Part shown: one piece after another, positions 19,828 to 26,799 of the stretch
Layout of the letters: the number at the start of each line of letters is the position of its first letter
Position numbering within the stretch: position 1 is the stretch's first letter
Source: Amoebophrya sp. A120
Taxonomy: Eukaryota > Protista > Dinoflagellata
Reading direction: 5' to 3'
Length of the DNA: 26,799 bases
Assembly: GCA_905178155.1 (NCBI GenBank)
Contig: CAJINV010000018.1
Span: 1,247,562 to 1,274,360 of the forward strand
Translations under genes and position numbers: made by a program
The notes under the pieces: model-generated
Database searches by the model: none
The model's input: the letters and a program-made list of their open reading frames with translations, nothing else
Told to the model about the DNA's origin: nothing

Positions 19828-21128
19828 GATGAGAATCGATGCGATTAGATATCCAGGTGCAGGAGGAGATACAAGTACAGTCACCTGCTCGACGTCTCGT
19901 CCTCGTCAGGATGATCCGTTTACTTCACCAGTACACGTCTTTTTACCCTGCTGTTGTTTCATCGAATGTTGACACAAAGTCTGTTCTTTCGATGGCAACT
20001 ATGCTTTAAAGGTGTTTTTTACGACGCAACAATTGGGGAAGAAAAAACTTTGTTCTTGACTGCGCGCCGGGGAAGAAATGAATAAGTAGAATGCAGCACT
20101 ACAATTATTACCTTTACTGTGGATGAAACACTCTACGATCCAGGGTTGTTGTTCTCAAGGTACTGTAATACAAAAACACGACCTCCGTTTGGAAGATAAA
20201 CGAGAGGTGTCACAGCTTCCACTGGAACCTTTGTGATAATTTCGATTCCACCTACGATTGTAGAACTTCTACCCTCTGCTCGAAGATGGCACAGGGATGT
20301 CTAGATTTTTTTGGTTTTTACTTACGACCCCCTGGGAGTTGATTTCAATCTTTTATCTTTTGCAGCTACACGCTAAAAGAAAACCAAAACTTTGCTTTTG
20401 ACGCTGTGTTTTTTTTTTGCATGAAAAGCGACAACTACAAGGTAAGTACAATACTAATGAAAAGAATCGGAGTTTTCCTCTACCATCACTTGGACGCGTT
20501 TCAATCTGACACCGCGAGCGGGTTTGGATGAGTAAAAAATAGTGTTCGACTGTGTGTTGTGATGTCCTGCTTTTATCGCCACTTTTTTTTGATGGATAGC
20601 GCCTCGGATGTTTTTTATTTGATGGTTTTCACTCGTCACGACCTGGAGCGTACTTATATGGCTTGAACTGAAGATCGATAAAAATGTGTTTTTCTTTTTT
20701 GTGAAAGAGACGGGCTTTTTTTTTGTTTCGCGAGGATCATCCCTTTGTCGCATCCGCTCGTAGTTGTTGGTTTTCTTCTTTTTTCCTTGCTTTTAGTTTT
20801 TTCCACTATTCTGTTTTCGCTGCAGGAAGAGTTAAGTGGTTTTGCGACCAGGTCGTGGTCCCTTGACCACGTGACGTGTAAAAATAGCTTTCAAAACGAC
20901 GTATCAGTCGCACCTCGATCGCTGCTCTTGCTGCGTTTGCGCAAATGGTATTGATTCTTTGACACAGCTCATGCCGACTTTTCCTTCGCAAAAAATGTTA
21001 ATCTCCAATATCCCTAGCCTTGTAGAGGGCCCACGATGTAGTTCCGTGGAATTCTAGTTTGCTTTGAATCCTCGTAAGAAGCAAGAAGTTTTTACAGCGT
21101 GGGTTCCTGCTTCCTATAGCTCGATACC

Positions 21129-23161
21129 ATGTCCGCGAACCAGGGCGCGCGGTCGCGGCTCGGCGCGTCTCTCCGGGCCATGACCGGCGGGGGTCAGAAG
21201 GCCGCGTCGAGTTCAGCCGCGGGGAGTAGTGATCATGCCGCGAAGGAGGTCGAGATTGTGAAATTGGTGCCACCGCAGCGACTGGAAGATCTCTACCAGT
21301 ACGATGTAAAATTGTACGACGCAGGTATAAAAATGATGATATTTTGGTGTGACAGTGACTCAGGTCATCATCCTTGTCATGATGCAGTGGAGGAACCAAC
21401 TACAAGCATGACAAGCATTCTCTCTCAATGCCCTCCCGCATGACAAATTCCTTAGGTGACCGCAGCAAAGTTTTCGCGGCCAAAGAGCGGGCGACGGGCA
21501 AGGACGTGATCGTGAAAATCAGGAAGATATGCACGGCAAATATCTCTGGGTCTGGAAAGATTCACCTGATTTGTGTTGCTGAGTTTTGCATGAAAGAGCG
21601 ATGTTCTGCACGGTATAAACGCATCACAAATTTTCCGTCCGGTATTGCGAGCTCCACCGCGGTGTGCATGACAAACTGAGATTCACTGCATGACAAGAAG
21701 TTGGCCAATCGCATTGATGTATTACAGATCTCGTTGGGTTTTCAATTTTGCATCACAAATTCAGACCCAGACAGGTTTGTAATGCATAAAAGAAAGGTTT
21801 CTTTTCCGGCGGGGAACGGGTCTGGCGGTCGGTGCTGACGAGGATGATGAACATATGCAGTGCAAAAGTATCGTACTCGTATCAATACATCACAAATTTT
21901 ATTCTCAGCATGAAAAATAAAATTTGTAATGCTGATCTACCTCAAGAAAAAGATTTGTAATGCATGACTGCAATCAGTACGAGTGCGATGCTTTTGCACA
22001 GCATAGAACATTGAGGAGAACGAAAATGTTCTAGGGATTGACACCATTCTAGAGGACGACAAAGGTATTGTCATTAACATTAAGTCTTGAAAATGATATA
22101 ATACGAGTCTTTTCACATGCACTTTCGCGAAGCTTGCTTGCATGTCTTTGTCCGACCGATGCCGATGCTATTGGAACAAGTCGAGTGCTAGTATACTTGC
22201 ATCAAAGAAGGAGTGTCAGTTTTATGTTTATCATGCACACAACGCACTAAAATGATTATTCCCAGCCTACTACGTGATCATGCAGAAGTGCGGCGGCGGC
22301 GAGCTTTTCGACTTCCTCTTAAACGAGACAGACGTCCCGGAGCGGGAGTGTAAACGGATCATGCGGGAAATCCTGAAAGCGGTGGACCACCTGCACAGCA
22401 AGGGGTTGATCCACCGCGATATCAAACCGGAAAACGTTTTGTTTGAGAAGGCAAAGGAGGAGCAACAGTCCCCGGAAGAGCAGCGGAAGTTGAAATTGAT
22501 CGATTTTGACACCTGTGCATTGCAAAAGTATCGTATTCTAGGATGAATTGCATCACAAATTTTCTGAAGAAGAAATATGCAACTTGTCATGCTACTTCGG
22601 GTAGAAAGTCGAATTTGTCATGCAATTGCCCTACGAGTGCGATACTTTTGCAGTGGATAACCACTGCCAGGACTGGACACCGAAATCGCCGAAGGCGCAA
22701 AGAATCGTCGGGACACCGGGGTACATCGCGCCGGAGAGCTTTCGCGGGGACTACACGCCAAGTAGCGATCTGTGGTCCGTGGGCGTGATTCTGTACATTC
22801 TGATGACAGGGGACATGCCGTTTCCGGAAGACGTATCTTAGACGATTCTGTTGTGTGTTTTGTGATTGTGACGCATGATTGTCCACTCGTGCTGTGGTCC
22901 TGTTCGATGCAAATTTTCACTGCTTAAAAATAATGAACACAGGTGTTCGGCGACGATATTGCGGGCAACAATCAGGTCGGCGGCGCAAAAATGGAGCAGA
23001 TCTACAAGCGGCTGAAAACTTTCCAGATTGACTTCGACTGCCCGCCGTGGCCGGATTTCCCGCAGGCCCGGGACCTGTGCTCCCAGTTGCTGGCGTTTGA
23101 CCCGGGTGACCGGAGCCCGAGTGCCGCGGACGCACTGCAGCATCCGTGGCTGAAGGAATGA
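21129..23161 (+). CDS. Ser/Thr protein kinase, CAMK/CDPK-like catalytic domain, ~338 aa
   Basis: Exons 21129-21324, 21456-21527, 21794-21853, 22011-22064, 22266-22513, 22665-22832, 22943-23161 (1017 nt). Motifs [47 protein letters not shown]. Confidence 0.92.
21528..21788. mobile_element. Introner 16 (family C)
   Basis: TATGCACGGCAAATATCTCTGGGTCTG ... CAGACCCAGACAGGTTTGTAATGCATA. DR GAAGA/AAAGA. Confidence 0.88.
21854..22005. mobile_element. Introner 17 (family B, inverted relative to introners 3 and 9)
   Basis: TATGCAGTGCAAAAGTATCGTACTCGTA ... TACGAGTGCGATGCTTTTGCACAGCATA. DR GAACA/GAACA. Confidence 0.92.
22514..22659. mobile_element. Introner 18 (family B, degenerate ends)
   Basis: TGTGCATTGCAAAAGTATCGTATTC ... 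GAGTGCGATACTTTTGCAGTGGATA. Flanks ACACC/ACCAC. Removing 22514-22664 gives [14 protein letters not shown]. Confidence 0.8.
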
Positions 23162-24678
23162 TAACGAATGTTGTACGTCGTAAATATCAAGATTATGATC
23201 TGTTTCACCAGTGATAAAGCAGTAAGTAGTAGAGTGTAAATGTAAAATTCGAAGACAAGAACGATTTCAAGCATAGTATCTCGATGGACGAAAAAGACAA
23301 CGAGTACAACTGTTCCATGTTGTGCTATCACGAAGAAGAATGAAACTTAGGAATGTGCAAGATTAGGAAACAAAAATGATCTTGTTTGAGGAATAGCTTT
23401 GCTACCTCAAAGTGTAAAAAGAGAAAGTGAACACGTATTGTTATCATGGAGAAAGCAAACGCGCCGCGTCCAGCACCGACGGCCGTAGCGCTGCGGCGCT
23501 TACCAGATGCGATTGCGAGACCTGCAATCTGCTGTTCTTCCAACATTTTTCTTTCACCGAAAGCGGCTGAGTGGGGCAGAAGAAATCGAGGCGCGAGCAA
23601 GATCCTGCCGCGAAAAAGTAAAAGCTGCGCGCTGCGGGGCGAGGGTGCACTCGTGACACCCTCTTTATGGCTAGCGCGCGGAGTGCCTGAGGTTCTGGCG
23701 TAATTGAGTGTCAGCACGACCACGTGGCGATGCAAGCTGCCGCTAGAGCGACGGAGGGAAAACTGTAACTGTTACTGTGTGAGGGAGGGGCATCTCCTGA
23801 CATTTCATGCACAGCATCATGTCGATCCTCTAATGAACTTAGTGCTCTAGAAAAAACTACAAATAATGGCACACAAGCTTTAATTCAATATTCGACCGAG
23901 TTCTTCTTTGCTAAAACACATCAAAGACAGAAAATATAGTCCGTGTTGCGGAGGTCTCTCGCTGTTCTTGAAGCTGCAGCTGTTTCTGTCTTCTGCCGAC
24001 CCTGGGAGAGGAAGCTGCTAGCTTTTCCACCGACCAGCCTCTGTGCCTTTTTTTTTTGCAGCGAAGCTTGTACCCGGCGGTAGATCAGGAAGTTGAACTG
24101 AGACGGCTTGCTTTCGCGGAAACAGCAAGCAAATCACCGGAGTCCATCCAGATCTACGAGATACACAGGTGGCTTTCTCCCGAAGATTTTCTGTGTGGCC
24201 CTGCAGAAAAATTTTCAGGCCGGTTCGCGGTCAATAATTCGAGGCAAGCTTCGAACATTCCGGGTTTGGTTCTCTTTGCCACGTTGACCCACGAGGTGGA
24301 GAATAAAGAACGTGACCGCGCCCAGCTCGTACCATCCTAACAACTGGCGACGGTGGTGGTCATTATCATCTTCGCGTCTCGACGTGGACGACATTGTCAG
24401 CAGTGCGGGGAGGTGGGAAGAAAACCAGAGAACAACGGGAGAAAAACAGCCACAGCGGCTCCTCTTGCAAGACCGAATTATTTTTCGCTGGATCAACATT
24501 GTCATTGACGAGTGCTGACGTGGCGTAGGTAGCCCCGCGGCCGTACGGTGCAGAGCTGTAACCCACTCTGGTACAACTGTGCATGTGGATGTTCTTGTAA
24601 CACCACCAGGACCACCAGCTCTTCAACGCAAGATAGAAGGTATAAACCGCGAGCTGGTTCTTGTGCACGACGAACACC

Positions 24679-26596
24679 ATGGACGATTTGGGCGCAGAGC
24701 AGCACAGCGACAAGCCGTATGACGAGGCAATCGAGGTGTCCGGCGACGACGCCAGCACGCCAACGTCATCGCCACGACAAAAACCACTCTACGATGTGCC
24801 GTCGCACGCATCACCCAGTCCGAAGGGGAAGCCGGAGGTAAAAAAGAGGGATGCTGCGTACTTGACAACCTGGATTTTGGATCGACTTCTATGCGGTGCA
24901 GCAGCATGTGTGAATTAAGGCATGGCAGGAATGTTTGAACTTAACAAAAAAAAATACTTTTTATCCCCTCACAGCCCCTCGAAACCGCCGTCAAGGCGTC
25001 ATCCCCGGGAACGAAATCAACACCGAAATCGAGCCCTGGGAAGTCAAGTCCCGGGAAGTCAGCAAGTCCGAAACCGGCAAAGAGTCCCGGGAAGGTATGT
25101 ATTGGGACGTTTGCATGACAAGTTTTTTGTGTGAAAATTTTTGTTTCTCATGCTGATTTGCCCACTGCGATTGCTTTTGTCATGCCATTCTGGATAATGA
25201 AACAGGAATCTTCTTCTTCCGATGCCACTAGTACGAGTTCTAGCGATGACGACGAAGGAATGATTATCCTGAGTAAAAACGTACCCACACCATAGTTGTC
25301 ATGCAAATCTGCATGCTGAGAATGTTTCTCATGCGGAGCCCCATGAGAAGCATTTTCTAGTCGTGTTTTGCAATTTGTCATGCTCCAATCAGCATGATAT
25401 GCTAGATCTGTGATGCTGCTGAGCTAGCTCAAACAGCACTACACTACGAATCCAAATTTGTCATGCAAAACAGCCAAAACTTGTGGATTTGTCTAGCCGA
25501 TTCCCCATCTTGACTATGGTGTGGGTACGTTTTTACTCAGGATAATGATAGCCGGGCAGTATAACCCCGCAGACTACGCAAATTTGAAGGTAAGGATTAC
25601 GATTAACTCCATCTTTGTCAGTACGCATGACATGTTTTTGTTTCTCATGCAGCACTCCTTACTCGTTCTCACCTCAGAGAAGATGAAAAAAGAACAACAA
25701 AAACAGGTCTCCCCCGAAGTCTCCGAGCTGTTTCAGTACATCACGAGGTATAAGCCCCACGCCATAGAATTAGATACGAAACTGAAAGCCTTCATACCCG
25801 ACTTCATACCGGCGATAGGCGAAGTGGACGCGATGATAAAAATTCCGCGCCCCGACAACAAGCCGGACGGGCTCGGGCTCACGCGGGTGGACGAGCCGTG
25901 CTTGAACCCCGCGGACCCGGCGGTTTTGGAGCTGCAACTGCGGTCCATATCGAAACACCAGAACCTAACCCCGATAGAAGTCCGGAGTGTCCGAACCGAC
26001 GCCGAGATAAAACAGTGGGTGAACAGAATAGGAGACCTGCACCGGATATGCATTACAAATATGTCTGGCTCTGGAAGATTGCCAGATTTGTCATGCTTGT
26101 CTGACATGACTCGGACCTCTGTCATGCGTAGGTGCAAAAAGATCGTTTTGTCTGTCAGGCAAAAGCGCAGTCTGCGATGCGGACTACGCTACACATAGCA
26201 CCTCAAAAACTTGTCATGCTTGGCCACGTATGACAGAGCGCCCAGTATTCCCTGGTTTGCATCACAAGTGTCCAGACCCAGACATATTTGCATTTGATAT
26301 CGGAGCAAGCCGGCGACGGCGGTAGTAACTTCGTCACAACATGAAGGAAGATGCATCAGGCGATAGATCTGAGGGTTTTTCGTTTCTGAATTTTTGTGAT
26401 GCGCAAAACAGGATACTCATACTTTACCTTCTCATAACATCAACCACAGGTGCAATACAGCAAGAAGATGCCGGATATAGAGACGCTGATGCAGGTGTGG
26501 CCTGCAGAAATGGAAAGTTATCTGGAGCAGAACTTACCATCATTGCAACTGGCAGCGTTGGACCACAAATCGCTGAGCTTGAAGGACTACATCAAG
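24679..26596 (+). CDS. IFT46: Intraflagellar transport protein 46 (3' end lies beyond the window)
   Basis: Exons 24679-24837, 24975-25094, 25206-25264, 25550-25589, 25707-26046, 26305-26321, 26450-26596. Recognisable IFT46 core: YNPADYANLKVSPEVSELFQYITRYKP..LKAFIPDFIPAIGEVDAMIKIPRPD..LGLTRVDEP..MPDIETLMQVWP. Confidence 0.92.
25265..25544. mobile_element. Introner 19 (family D, inverted relative to introner 8)
   Basis: Perfect 32-bp TIR TATCCTGAGTAAAAACGTACCCACACCATAGT. DR ATGAT/ATGAT. Confidence 0.95.
26047..26299. mobile_element. Introner 20 (family C)
   Basis: TATGCATTACAAATATGTCTGGCTCTGGA ... TCCAGACCCAGACATATTTGCATTTGATA. DR CCGGA/TCGGA. Removal gives DLHRSKPATA. Confidence 0.92.
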
Positions 26597-26672
26597 GTAC
26601 TGGAGGAACGATTGCGATAACATGTTTAAGAAGTAAGTACATGATTTTTATTGACGAACATGTTTAATGATC

Positions 26673-26795
26673 TGGTAACCAAATGCGTGCGCGCGCGCGC
26701 GCAGAGCGCGCGCCGGCCCACGAAGCCGGCGCGCGCGCTCTGCGCGCTTGCGATATTGCTTAGCAAACGCAGCGCGAAGGCAGTTGCCGTTACCA
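26673..26795. repeat. GC-rich foldback inside an IFT46 intron
   Basis: Arms 26697-26717 and 26725-26747 are reverse complements apart from a 2-nt bulge. Outer inverted repeat TGGTAAC (26673-26679) / GTTACCA (26789-26795). Confidence 0.7.
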
Positions 26796-26799
26796 TATA

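Noticed and set aside
23162-24678. Short ORFs in the kinase-IFT46 spacer
   Set aside because: No motifs or consistent exon structure, and no recognisable RNA gene or spliced-leader relic.
25590-25706. In-frame stop-free 117-nt segment as IFT46 coding sequence
   Set aside because: It has GTAAGG...CAG ends and interrupts the conserved YANLKVSPEV motif, so it is treated as an intron.
12353-26299. Recurrent peptides such as CKYVWVWKLV, SFQTQTFL and [10 protein letters not shown] suggesting a repeated protein domain
   Set aside because: They are translations of introner TIRs and occur on both strands and in varying frames.
8890-26299. Repeats as a CRISPR array or bacterial REP/IS elements
   Set aside because: The repeats are dispersed inverted pairs within eukaryotic intron-containing genes. 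There is no regular repeat-spacer period and no cas or transposase gene.
8632-26596. Host genes as transposon-killed pseudogenes
   Set aside because: After removing the inserts, all five reconstruct with no stops or frameshifts and with intact conserved motifs, which is implausible for dead genes carrying diverged inserts.

Overview
This is eukaryotic genomic DNA, most likely an alveolate. The architecture matches what is described for the parasitic dinoflagellate Amoebophrya; that assignment is an inference, not a database result. 1-~6844 is the 3' part of an apparently intact Ty1/copia LTR retrotransposon: end of gag, one in-frame TGA, PR-IN-RT-RNaseH pol, polypurine tract and 3' LTR. ~7160-8500 is a very GC-rich, probably decayed copia relic on the minus strand. 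8632-26799 holds five co-oriented + strand host genes: a membrane/C2-like protein, an ATM1/ABCB7-type ABC transporter, a divergent SET-domain protein, a CAMK-like kinase with DFD, and IFT46 (partial). These genes are split by 14 complete GT-AG introns and by 20 MITE-like 'introner' inserts of 136-311 bp. The inserts have TAT...ATA termini, terminal inverted repeats (TIRs) and 5-bp flanking direct repeats (DRs), fall into about 5 families and occur in both orientations. Removing each insert plus one DR copy restores the reading frame, yet none gives GT-AG ends within its DR. All exon structures were reconstructed by hand; junctions at inserts are ambiguous within the DR, and the coordinates given keep the 5' copy.
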